NCBI GenBank assembly: GCA_900545265.1
Contig: UQYI01000007.1
Location: 32,278 to 96,277 of the forward strand
Direction: 5' to 3'
Length of the DNA: 64,000 nt
DNA from: an uncultured Eubacteriales bacterium
GTDB taxonomy: Bacteria > Bacillota > Clostridia > Christensenellales > CAG-138
Shown here: positions 8,364 to 16,801 of the stretch, one piece after another
How positions within the stretch are numbered: the first letter of the stretch is position 1
Layout: each line of letters starts with the position of its first letter
Position numbers and translations under genes: made by a program
Notes under the pieces: model-generated
What the model saw: the letters and a program-made list of their open reading frames with translations, nothing else
What the model was told of the DNA's origin: nothing
The model's database searches: none

Positions 8364-10763
8364 ATGTATCGAGTCATTAAACGGGACGGTCAACTGGTAG
8401 AGTTCAACATTGCCAAGATAAGTGCTGCCATCGGCAAGGCATTTGATGCCCTGCACAAGCAGTCCCATCCCAGTGTGCTGGATCTGCTTGCTCTGCATGT
8501 AACGGCAGATTTTGAAAAGAAGATCAAAAACGACTGCATCGCCGTAGAGGATATCCAGGACAGTGTGGAAAAAGTCCTCTCCGAGTCCGGCTATGCGGAT
8601 GTGGCCAAGGCCTACATTCTCTACCGCAAACAGCGGGAAAAGATCCGCAACGTCAACTCCACTCTGCTCAACTACAAGGATCTGGTAGACAATTACCTGC
8701 AGATCAACGACTGGCGGGTAAAGGAGAATTCCACCGTCACCTATTCCGTAGGCGGGCTGATCCTCTCCAACTCCGGCGCCATCACCGCCAACTACTGGCT
8801 TTCCGAGATCTACGACAGCGAGGTGGCCGAAGCCCATCGTTCCGCCGCCATGCATCTCCATGATCTGAGCATGCTCACCGGCTATTGCGCCGGCTGGAGT
8901 CTTAAGCAGCTGATCCAGGAAGGGCTTGGGGGCATCCCCGGCAAGATCACCTCTACGCCCGCCGGGCATCTGTCTACCCTGTGCAACCAGATGGTCAATT
9001 TTCTGGGCATCATGCAGAATGAATGGGCGGGGGCTCAGGCTTTCTCCTCCTTCGATACCTATCTGGCGCCCTTTGTAAAGGTGGACGGTCTTTCCCAGAA
9101 GGAAGTCAAGCAATGCGTCCAGAGCTTCATCTTCGGGGTAAATACTCCCAGCCGCTGGGGCACGCAGGCGCCCTTCTCCAACATCACCCTGGACTGGACC
9201 GTACCCAAGGATCTGGAAAATCTGCCTGCCATCGTCGGCGGCAAGGAAATGCCCTTTACCTATGGGGACTGCAAAAAGGAAATGGACATGGTCAACAAGG
9301 CCTTCATCGACGTTATGATCGAAGGAGATGCCAACGGCCGGGGTTTCCAGTATCCCATCCCCACCTATTCCATTACCCGGGACTTTGACTGGAGCGAAAA
9401 CGAAAACAACCGGCTTCTCTTTGAGATGACCGCCAAATACGGCACGCCTTACTTCTCCAACTACATCAACTCCGACATGGAGCCCAGCGATGTACGCTCC
9501 ATGTGCTGCAGGCTCCGGCTGGATCTGCGGGAGCTGCGCAAAAAGTCCGGCGGTTTCTTCGGCTCCGGGGAAAGCACCGGTTCTATCGGCGTGGTGACCA
9601 TCAACATGCCCCGGATCGCTTATCTTTCTCAGGACGAGAAAGAATTCTATGAGCGGCTGGACAAGATGATGGACATTGCCGCCAGAAGCCTGAAGACCAA
9701 GCGCACCGTTATCACCAAGCTTCTGGATGCGGGTCTGTATCCTTACACCAAGCGATATCTGGGCACCTTCAACAACCACTTTTCCACCATTGGCCTGGTG
9801 GGTATGAACGAAGCCTGCCTCAACGCCCGGTGGATCCGGCAGGACCTGACCCATGGTCAGGCCCAGCAGTTCACCAAGGATGTGCTCAACCACATGCGGG
9901 AACGGCTCAGCGATTATCAGGAGCAGTACGGCGACCTTTACAATCTGGAGGCTACCCCCGCTGAATCCACTTCCTACCGCTTTGCCAAGCATGATAAGGA
10001 GTTGTACCCTGGCATCCTTACCGCCAACGAAAATGGCACGCCTTACTACACCAACTCCTCTCACCTGCCCGTAGGCTATACGGAGGATGTGTTCTCCGCC
10101 CTGGATATTCAGGACGATCTGCAGACTTTGTATACCTCCGGTACGGTGTTCCATGCTTTCCTGGGCGAAAAGCTCCCGGACTGGAAGGCTGCCGCCACGC
10201 TGGTGCGTAAGATCGCCGAAAATTACAAGCTGCCCTATTACACCCTTTCCCCCACCTACTCCATCTGCCAGGATCACGGGTATCTCTCCGGGGAGCATTA
10301 TTCCTGCCCCCATTGCGGCAAAAAGACCGAGGTTTACAGCCGCATCACCGGTTATTACCGGCCCGTACAGAACTGGAATGACGGCAAGGCCCAGGAGTTT
10401 AAGGACAGGAAGGTCTATGATGTGGGGCACAGCGTTCTCCGGCACAACGGCCCCATAGAGGCCCCCGCCGCTCCCGCTGTCCCGGCAAAGCCTCTGGAGG
10501 AGGTTTTGGAAGAAGAACAAGTGCCCGTCAACAGCACCGTATTTCTTTTCGTGACCCCCACCTGCCCCAACTGTAAGCTGGCCAAAGCCCTGCTGGATAA
10601 GGCCGGAGTGCAGTACGGCGTATACATTGCCGAGGAGCACCCGGAACTGGTGGAAGAGTTCGGCATTAAGCAGGCCCCTACGCTGGTCATCCGGGAAGGG
10701 GAAGAGCTGCGCAAATATAAGGGCGTTTCCTCCATCAAGGGGCACCTGATGGGTAAGGAATAA
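8364..10763 (+). CDS. nrdD: Anaerobic ribonucleoside-triphosphate reductase (class III) with C-terminal glutaredoxin/thioredoxin-like domain
   Basis: ATP-cone start MYRVIKRDG. Thiyl loop SMCCRLRLD, Zn ribbon CPHCG, glycyl-radical RITGYYRP. An Ala/Pro/Glu linker then a 76-aa CPNC redoxin fold (10533-10760). Confidence 0.95.
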   Translation: MYRVIKRDGQLVEFNIAKISAAIGKAFDALHKQSHPSVLDLLALHVTADFEKKIKNDCIAVEDIQDSVEKVLSESGYADVAKAYILYRKQREKIRNVNSTLLNYKDLVDNYLQINDWRVKENSTVTYSVGGLILSNSGAITANYWLSEIYDSEVAEAHRSAAMHLHDLSMLTGYCAGWSLKQLIQEGLGGIPGKITSTPAGHLSTLCNQMVNFLGIMQNEWAGAQAFSSFDTYLAPFVKVDGLSQKEVKQCVQSFIFGVNTPSRWGTQAPFSNITLDWTVPKDLENLPAIVGGKEMPFTYGDCKKEMDMVNKAFIDVMIEGDANGRGFQYPIPTYSITRDFDWSENENNRLLFEMTAKYGTPYFSNYINSDMEPSDVRSMCCRLRLDLRELRKKSGGFFGSGESTGSIGVVTINMPRIAYLSQDEKEFYERLDKMMDIAARSLKTKRTVITKLLDAGLYPYTKRYLGTFNNHFSTIGLVGMNEACLNARWIRQDLTHGQAQQFTKDVLNHMRERLSDYQEQYGDLYNLEATPAESTSYRFAKHDKELYPGILTANENGTPYYTNSSHLPVGYTEDVFSALDIQDDLQTLYTSGTVFHAFLGEKLPDWKAAATLVRKIAENYKLPYYTLSPTYSICQDHGYLSGEHYSCPHCGKKTEVYSRITGYYRPVQNWNDGKAQEFKDRKVYDVGHSVLRHNGPIEAPAAPAVPAKPLEEVLEEEQVPVNSTVFLFVTPTCPNCKLAKALLDKAGVQYGVYIAEEHPELVEEFGIKQAPTLVIREGEELRKYKGVSSIKGHLMGKE

Positions 10764-10778
10764 CATAAAAAAGATTGC

Positions 10779-10808
10779 AGGGGCGCTCACAGCGGCGCCC
10801 CTTTTTTC
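10779..10808 (+). terminator. Terminator after nrdD
   Basis: AGGGGCGC-loop-GCGCCCCT followed by T6. Confidence 0.8.
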
Positions 10809-10829
10809 TGGAAAATCAATACAGGAGTA

Positions 10830-11756
10830 ATGCATATGTTGGATGTGATCATCGTAGGCGGCGGTCCCGCAGGCATGACCGCTGCTCTGTACGCCCGGCG
10901 CAACGGAAAAAGCGCCCTGATCATCGAAAAGCAGGGCTTCGGCGGTCAGATCACCTATTCCCCTCAGGTAGAGAATCTGCCGGGGTTTCTTTCTCTCAGC
11001 GGCAATGAATTTGCCGACAGATTTCTGGAGCAGGTTCTGTCTCAGGGAGCCCAGGTAGAGCTGGAAACCGTTATTGCCGTGACCCCCACCGGCACAGGTT
11101 TTGCCGTAAAAACGGAAGAGGGCAGCGTTTTTGAAAGCCGGACAGTGATCCTGGCCACCGGCGTCCGCCATCGCCTTCTGGGACTTCCCGGAGAAGAAGC
11201 GCTTATCGGCAGCGGCATTTCCTTCTGCGCCGTATGCGACGGAGATTTTTATAAGGATCAGACCGTTTGTGTAGCCGGCGGCGGGAATTCCGCCCTACAG
11301 GAAGCCATTCTCCTTTCCGACAAATGCAAAAAAGTCATTCTTCTTCAGGATCTGCCGGTATTTACCGGAGAGCAGCGGCTTCAGGAGGTGCTTTTTGCCC
11401 GTAAAAATGTAGAAGCTTGCCCCAATACCCGGATTCTGAGCCTGCTGGAAGAGCAGGGAGAACTTCGCGGCCTTTCTGTGGAAAACAAGGCTACCGGAGA
11501 AACGCGCAGCATCCTATGCGACGGACTGTTTGTAGCCATAGGACTTCTGCCGCAAAACGACGTTTTTTCTTCTCTGGCGCCCCTGGATGCCAACGGCTAC
11601 TTTGACAGCAGTGAAAACTGCCTGACTCCTACTCCCGGTCTTTTTACCGCCGGAGACTGCCGGAAAAAGACGCTACGTCAGGTAACCACTGCCGCCGCAG
11701 ACGGCGCCGTGGCCGCTATGGCTGCCTGCCGGTATATAGACGGGGTACAGGCATGA
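10830..11756 (+). CDS. Thioredoxin-reductase-like flavoprotein (atypical NAD(P)H site)
   Basis: GGGPAG FAD motif, CAVCDG redox centre, second Rossmann GGGNSALQEA. The HRRxxxR motif is replaced by LQDLPVFTGE. The start could instead be the ATG at 10836. Confidence 0.85.
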   Translation: MHMLDVIIVGGGPAGMTAALYARRNGKSALIIEKQGFGGQITYSPQVENLPGFLSLSGNEFADRFLEQVLSQGAQVELETVIAVTPTGTGFAVKTEEGSVFESRTVILATGVRHRLLGLPGEEALIGSGISFCAVCDGDFYKDQTVCVAGGGNSALQEAILLSDKCKKVILLQDLPVFTGEQRLQEVLFARKNVEACPNTRILSLLEEQGELRGLSVENKATGETRSILCDGLFVAIGLLPQNDVFSSLAPLDANGYFDSSENCLTPTPGLFTAGDCRKKTLRQVTTAAADGAVAAMAACRYIDGVQA

Positions 11757-12190
11757 ACATCCCCCTTAAAAAGCTCCATCCGGAAGCTCTGATCCCCACT
11801 CGCGGCTCTGCTTCCGCCGCCGGGTACGATCTGTATGCCTGCCTGCCTCAGGGGCCCGTGACTCTGGCGCCCGGGGAAACTCTTGCCATTGGCACCGGTA
11901 TCACCTGCGCCCTGCCGGAAGGGTATTTTGCCGCCTGCTTTGCCCGCAGCGGACTGGCGCTGCGTCAGGGACTTCGCCCTGCCAACTGTGTAGGTGTGGT
12001 AGACAGTGATTACCGTGGAGAATACATCGTGGCTCTGCACAACGACAGCGGGGAACCGCGCACCGTATCTCACGGCGACCGCATCGCCCAGCTGGTATTG
12101 CTGCCCTATGTACCCATGGAATTCGTCCAGACCGATGTTCTGGACGAAACACAAAGGGGAAGCGGCGGCTTCGGCTCCACAGGCAAGTAA
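11753..12190 (+). CDS. dut: dUTP diphosphatase
   Basis: AAGYDLYA, GDRIAQLV, RGSGGFGSTG motifs. ATGA overlap with the upstream gene. Confidence 0.95.
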   Translation: MNIPLKKLHPEALIPTRGSASAAGYDLYACLPQGPVTLAPGETLAIGTGITCALPEGYFAACFARSGLALRQGLRPANCVGVVDSDYRGEYIVALHNDSGEPRTVSHGDRIAQLVLLPYVPMEFVQTDVLDETQRGSGGFGSTGK

Positions 12191-12225
12191 CTTGCCCCGC
12201 ATGCACCGTATATACGGGAGGTCAA

Positions 12226-13164
12226 ATGGGAAACACATTCTTTTTCGGTTGGGAACCGGCTCTTATGGCATGGCTTCAGGCCAATCTGGGGGTCTTTGGC
12301 GTAAAGCTGGCAGTCTTCCTTACCCTTTTCGGACAGGAGACCATTATGGTGCTGCTGCTGGGCTATTTTTACTGGTGCCGCAGCAAAGAGATCGGCATCT
12401 ATATGGGTACCAATCTTTTTGCCGTTTCCGTATGGAATCCGCTGCTGAAAAACATCTTTCTTCGCCGGCGGCCCTATTTTGACTGTCCGGAGATCACTTG
12501 CCTGAAAAAGGTCTCTGAAAATGCGGATCTATATGACATTGCCGCCCAGGGATATTCCTTTCCCAGTGGCCATTCCTCCAGTGCCGCCGCCCTGTACGGA
12601 TCCTTGGCCCGGTGGTTCAAAAAGCGCTGGCTCACCTTCTGTTGTGGGATACTTATTCTGCTGGTAGGCGTCAGCCGCTTCTGTTTGGGCGTACATTTTC
12701 CTACGGACGTGCTGGTCGGCTGGGCTTTGGGGCTTCTGGCGGTATTTCTGGTTCCCTGGCTGAAAACCGTGCTGAAAAAGAAATGGCTCTTTTATCTGGT
12801 GCTGCTGCTCACGGCTCTGCCGGGTCTGTTCTACTGCACTACCTCCGATTATTACACCAGCCTTGGCATGATGATCGGTTTTTTTGCCGGAAATCTTTTT
12901 GAAGAGCGCTTTGTCCGTTTTCAAAATACCCGTTCCATTCCCCGCTCCGTTCTGCGGATACTGGGCGGCATAGGGATATACCTGGGGCTCAACGCTCTGT
13001 TGAAGCTTCCCTTCTCCGGGGAATTTCTTTCCTCCCCTGCCTTTGCTGCACGCATGGTACGCACCGCACGATATGCCGTGATCCTGTTTGTGGATATAGG
13101 TCTGTACCCTGCGCTCTTTGCCCTGACCACCCGTATCGGATGGAAGAAGAAGCCGGTACAGTAA
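12226..13164 (+). CDS. PAP2-family phosphatase (membrane)
   Basis: KxxxxxxRRRP, PSGHSS, SRFCLGVHFPTD acid-phosphatase motifs. Multiple TM segments. Confidence 0.85.
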   Translation: MGNTFFFGWEPALMAWLQANLGVFGVKLAVFLTLFGQETIMVLLLGYFYWCRSKEIGIYMGTNLFAVSVWNPLLKNIFLRRRPYFDCPEITCLKKVSENADLYDIAAQGYSFPSGHSSSAAALYGSLARWFKKRWLTFCCGILILLVGVSRFCLGVHFPTDVLVGWALGLLAVFLVPWLKTVLKKKWLFYLVLLLTALPGLFYCTTSDYYTSLGMMIGFFAGNLFEERFVRFQNTRSIPRSVLRILGGIGIYLGLNALLKLPFSGEFLSSPAFAARMVRTARYAVILFVDIGLYPALFALTTRIGWKKKPVQ

Positions 13165-13182
13165 TAAAATGCAAAAACGCAC

Positions 13183-13221
13183 ATGGAGGCAGGCACATAT
13201 ATGCCTGCCTCCATTTTATTT
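13183..13221. terminator. Bidirectional terminator
   Basis: Perfect 13-bp hairpin ATGGAGGCAGGCA/TGCCTGCCTCCAT followed by a T-run. Confidence 0.8.
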
Positions 13222-13256
13222 TTCATTCCCTGGCAGCGATGGCCGCCACACTCTTT

Positions 13257-14675
13257 TTATCGGAAATCCACGGTGACCGTATTGATGTCCGTATCCATGG
13301 TCCAATCCGAGCGTACGCTCCATGTCAGTTTTTCCGGATAGGAAAGAGCCTTGGCCAAAGCTTCGGTATTCTTGCGCATGGGCCCCAGCAGCTTTTGCAG
13401 GGCGGCTGTCCGACCGGGTTCAAGGTCGTCTCCCACATTTTCAAACGCTTCCTGCGCCTGCAGCAGGCTGTCTTCCAAAGCGGCCTGCAAAGAACGGGTC
13501 TCTTCCGGCAAATCCGCCTGTTCTCTGGAAAATACCAGCACCTTGGCTCCGTTGCGCAGGTATTTCAGCGCCCGGAACCCCGTTTTTTTCAGCCACCGGG
13601 CATACTCATAAGAGACCCTGCTCTGAGGTTTCACCTGAAGGCCGAAAAGTGTTTCTATCAGCTCCGTCCGCCCGGATTGATCCAAAAACATAAAATTCCA
13701 GTCCGCCGCAGAACGGATCTCACCGGGCATGGTATACATGCCGATGGTCTCTGTATCCAGCCGGGCGGCAAAGTTCATGAGCGCCACCTGCTGCTGCAGG
13801 GTCAGATTGGTATATACCCCCTTCTGCAAGGTGCGCATCAGTGCCGGGATTTTGCTCAGCGTCCCTTCCTTTTTCAGCTGCTCAAACAGAGCCAGCAGCA
13901 TACGTTTGCAGCGGTTCATGCGGCCCTTGTCTCCCAATTCCCCGGTGGCATTTTTTCTGGCCCGCATATAGTCGCTGATGCCCTCGCCGTCCAGATGCTG
14001 CATACCCTTCTTATACCTGCGGCCGCTGCTGCCGGTATACTGCATATCCATATCAAAATCCACACCGCCCAGCAGATCACCGATCTGAGCCACCTGATCC
14101 ACATCAATGGCACAGTAATACTCTACCGGAATCCCTCCCAGCATCCACTCCGCCGCCTGGCAAACCTGTCGGAATCCCGCCTCGGTTTTGCCGCCGCCAT
14201 AATTGAGTATACCGTTGAGCTTGTAAAATCCGTCTACCCCTTCCATATTCACAAAAGTATCCCGAGGCAGGGAGAGCAGATCCACCTTTTTCTCCTGGAA
14301 GTTCACCGCTACCAGGATCAGCGCATCCGTATGGCAGTCTGCCGTGGGACCGTAACTTTCCAATACGCCGGCTTCTTTATCGATCCCCATAAGCAGAATG
14401 TTGACCAATGCGGGCGTTTCCTCTTCAGCAGCCCGGGCGGTCGGCGCCGGTGTGGAAGGCAAATCCGGATCCTCATCCGCCGCAGCAGACGTAGGCGTTG
14501 CTTTCCGTGCGGAAATATGAAACAGGGATTCCGGCCGGTTCAGCGTTTGATGCAGGCAGGCTCCCAGAAAAGCGCCCGCCACCAGCAATCCCGTCAGCAA
14601 GAATATCCACAGAGTCCTTTTTTCGTTTTTCTTTTTATTATCGTTTCCCTGGGAAGAGACCGGCTCCTTTTCCAT
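13257..14675 (-). CDS. LCP (LytR-CpsA-Psr) family protein with C-terminal extension
   Basis: TM anchor. ILLMGID...TDALILVAV...LLSLPRDT LCP core. AAAGGAG RBS before the ATG at 14675. Confidence 0.85.
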   Translation of the reverse strand: MEKEPVSSQGNDNKKKNEKRTLWIFLLTGLLVAGAFLGACLHQTLNRPESLFHISARKATPTSAAADEDPDLPSTPAPTARAAEEETPALVNILLMGIDKEAGVLESYGPTADCHTDALILVAVNFQEKKVDLLSLPRDTFVNMEGVDGFYKLNGILNYGGGKTEAGFRQVCQAAEWMLGGIPVEYYCAIDVDQVAQIGDLLGGVDFDMDMQYTGSSGRRYKKGMQHLDGEGISDYMRARKNATGELGDKGRMNRCKRMLLALFEQLKKEGTLSKIPALMRTLQKGVYTNLTLQQQVALMNFAARLDTETIGMYTMPGEIRSAADWNFMFLDQSGRTELIETLFGLQVKPQSRVSYEYARWLKKTGFRALKYLRNGAKVLVFSREQADLPEETRSLQAALEDSLLQAQEAFENVGDDLEPGRTAALQKLLGPMRKNTEALAKALSYPEKLTWSVRSDWTMDTDINTVTVDFR

Positions 14676-15034
14676 GGAAAATGCTCCTTTCGTTTTCGGC
14701 AGTACCGTATGGTATAGTGTGTCCCGGGTAGTCCGTTCCATACCTTACTACATTGTCCATGCAGGGTCTGCTTTTGATTTTATGGAGTATACCATATCTC
14801 TGCAAACGGATTGCAAACTTTTCTTGACCAAGGTGCAACATTTACACGGGAAAAGCAATCTCATAAAGCCATAACCGCCCTCTCCTTGCTTTTATGCTCC
14901 GTTTTATTCGCCGTTATTCATGGTCTTATCCTGGCCGTATTCCGATGGTGCCTTCAGATCTGCTGCATATTCTTTCCTGCACAAGTTTCATTTTCTCCCC
15001 CACTTCCTGTAAAAATGTTTATTTCAGCAAGAAA

Positions 15035-15056
15035 TGCAGGAGAAATTGCAGGAGAA
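15035..15056 (+). repeat. Direct repeat TGCAGGAGAA x2 (12-bp period) upstream of cluster promoter
   Basis: Exact 10-mers at 15035-15044 and 15047-15056. Confidence 0.6.
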
Positions 15057-15098
15057 GCGTTACAGAAAAAGCAATTATGAGAAAAAAGGAAAAAAAGC

Positions 15099-15127
15099 TT
15101 GCCAGCAGTCAGGCAGATGGTTAAAAT
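15099..15127 (+). promoter_or_regulatory. Candidate promoter of the 15-30 kb cluster
   Basis: TTGCCA - 17 nt - TAAAAT, about 80 nt upstream of the first gene. Confidence 0.3.
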
Positions 15128-15205
15128 GTGTATATATTCCGTGGCAGGGATATAATTTTGGCCGTACTTATCTTGTGCCAAAGCAAAAAAACAGGAGGAA
15201 TTCAC

Positions 15206-16573
15206 ATGAAAAAGACTTGGCTTGCAATGCTTCTGGTTGTTGTGATGCTCTTCTCCCTGGTTGGCTGCTCCAATGAACAGGCCGATCAGAAGAGTGAACC
15301 CACCGCTGAACCCGTTGCAGAAGTCACCGAAGCCCCCACTGAGGCTCCTACCGAAGCGCCTACCGAAGCCCCCACGCCGGAACCCGTACAGGGCGTAAAG
15401 AAAGTCACCGTTCTGAACACTCTGGTCAAGGATCTTACTCCCGCCAAGGGCGAAGAGACCCGTTTCAACGCTTTCTGGCTTCCCTCCTACAATATTGGGG
15501 AGATCGCCGAAAAGAACTTCTACTTCATGCCCGAAGCCACTGATGTGGTGGCGGTGGTAGCCTATACCGACGGTTATACCGATGACGGCACCGATACCTA
15601 TGAGACTCTGGCAGCCAAAGGTCTGAGTCTCAAGTATACCGACGCCAAGGGCAACGAATATGATGTATTCACCGGCCCCACCCAGAAAAAGGACAACATG
15701 CCCCAGTTCATGGGCTATTTCACTGTAGGCCACGTCTGCGCCCTGTTCATGCAGCCCGACGGCTGGAACGTTAAGGAGCTTTTTGATGAGATCGCCATGG
15801 CTCAGGCCGATGCTTATGACTTTATCTGTGCCGACGGCTATTCCGAGACCATCCAGGCCGCCGATCTGGAAAAGGTGAGCATCTTTGATAAGGACGGTTC
15901 CATTGACGCTACCTCCATCGCTTACCCCGACTACACGCTCCAGAACATCCGCTATATCGTACCCACCGGCCTCACCAAGGAAAGCACTCCCGGTGAGGGG
16001 ATCCAGCAGATCGTTGTCATGCCCAATGCAGAAGGCATACTGGATACCGAAGCTCCTTACACCCTGAACTTCGGCGGCACCATTTATGAAGCCTATGCCG
16101 TGACCGACGTCATGGATAAGGCCGGCATCGCCTCTGATACCTGCAAGGCCATCTCCTGGAAGGACGGCTTCGAGTATGAGTACGATATGGAAGCTTTCAA
16201 AGCCTCTTACATCTGCCTGAACAACAAGAAGGGCAACGATGCCTTTACCTGCGGTCAGAAGCAGGCCTACAACGCCCTTTGCAAGAGTGCCGGCTACTAC
16301 GTCTTTGACGCTGACGCTCTGGTATACGTACCCTCTGTGGAATCTCTCCCCGATGGTTACACCGTAGCCGACCTGTTCAAGGCCATCGGCATGCAGGAAG
16401 CCGCCTCTTACAACTTCATCTGCGCTGACGGTTACAAGGAAGAGATCTCCGCCGACGAGCTGGCCAATGTGAAGCTGTTCATCAATGCTGCCGGTGACGG
16501 TGTGGATGCTACCTCCATCGCCTATCCCGATCAGAGCCTGATGAATATCCTTACCATCGAGCCTGCCGCATAA
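15206..16573 (+). CDS. Repeat-containing lipoprotein (unknown function)
   Basis: Lipobox LVGC, (TEAP)4 linker. Two ~65-aa internal repeats (YDFICADGYSETIQAADL..DATSIAYPD / YNFICADGYKEEISADEL..DATSIAYPD). Confidence 0.7.
   Translation: MKKTWLAMLLVVVMLFSLVGCSNEQADQKSEPTAEPVAEVTEAPTEAPTEAPTEAPTPEPVQGVKKVTVLNTLVKDLTPAKGEETRFNAFWLPSYNIGEIAEKNFYFMPEATDVVAVVAYTDGYTDDGTDTYETLAAKGLSLKYTDAKGNEYDVFTGPTQKKDNMPQFMGYFTVGHVCALFMQPDGWNVKELFDEIAMAQADAYDFICADGYSETIQAADLEKVSIFDKDGSIDATSIAYPDYTLQNIRYIVPTGLTKESTPGEGIQQIVVMPNAEGILDTEAPYTLNFGGTIYEAYAVTDVMDKAGIASDTCKAISWKDGFEYEYDMEAFKASYICLNNKKGNDAFTCGQKQAYNALCKSAGYYVFDADALVYVPSVESLPDGYTVADLFKAIGMQEAASYNFICADGYKEEISADELANVKLFINAAGDGVDATSIAYPDQSLMNILTIEPAA
15326..15373 (+). 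repeat. 4 x 12-nt in-frame tandem repeat encoding (TEAP)4
   Basis: acc gaa gcc ccc-type units read directly from the sequence. Confidence 0.9.
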
Positions 16574-16590
16574 GCAGACCTATCCCATCA

Positions 16591-16620
16591 GGGGATCCTC
16601 TTGCAGCAAGAGGATCCCCT
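16591..16620 (+). terminator. Strong hairpin (weak-U terminator/attenuator) after first cluster gene
   Basis: 12-bp perfect stem GGGGATCCTCTT/AAGAGGATCCCC followed by only TTTG. Confidence 0.4.
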
Positions 16621-16801
16621 TTGCATACTCCCTTCAAAGAAGAAAAACTCCCCTGTTTTCCGCTGAATCCGGCAAGAAAAAATGAGAAAATATAGATTCC
16701 CGGAAATCGGAGGAGTATACTTGTACATAGAACAGGTTGTCCGTTTTTCAACGGACAGATTGTTGCTCATTTTATCTTATAAGGAACCGGAGGATGTCAT
16801 T

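Noticed and set aside
8343-11171. 942-aa uninterrupted minus-strand ORF antisense to nrdD and the 5' part of the TrxR-like gene
   Set aside because: The opposite strand encodes an unmistakable NrdD. The antisense product is low-complexity (G/A/V/L/H/Q rich) with no motif. It crosses the nrdD terminator and has no SD. It is a typical shadow ORF of GC3-rich coding DNA.
13140-14717. 525-aa plus-strand ORF antisense to the LCP gene. The same class includes 16772-18550, 20114-21286, 22098-23687, 23554-24891, 30720-32285, 34146-35837, 35776-36885, 40737+, 45162-46547 and 46846-48168.
   Set aside because: Each lies opposite a gene with strong family motifs. None has motifs, and their composition is Arg/Gly/His/Gln-biased. 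They are GC-driven absence of stop codons rather than genes.
15326-15373. Short tandem DNA repeat as a possible CRISPR or VNTR regulatory array
   Set aside because: It is a 12-nt in-frame repeat inside a CDS encoding a (TEAP)4 lipoprotein linker. There are no spacers.
16591-16620. Hairpins at 16591 and 22048 as definitive operon boundaries splitting the 15-30 kb cluster
   Set aside because: Both lack a proper U-tract (TTTG / TTTCCC). I keep them as possible attenuators, and transcript data are needed to decide.
16682-16801. Upstream ATG start for ggt
   Set aside because: It would put 40 non-signal residues ahead of a textbook lipoprotein signal peptide. The GTG at 16802 has a GGAGGA SD at ideal spacing.
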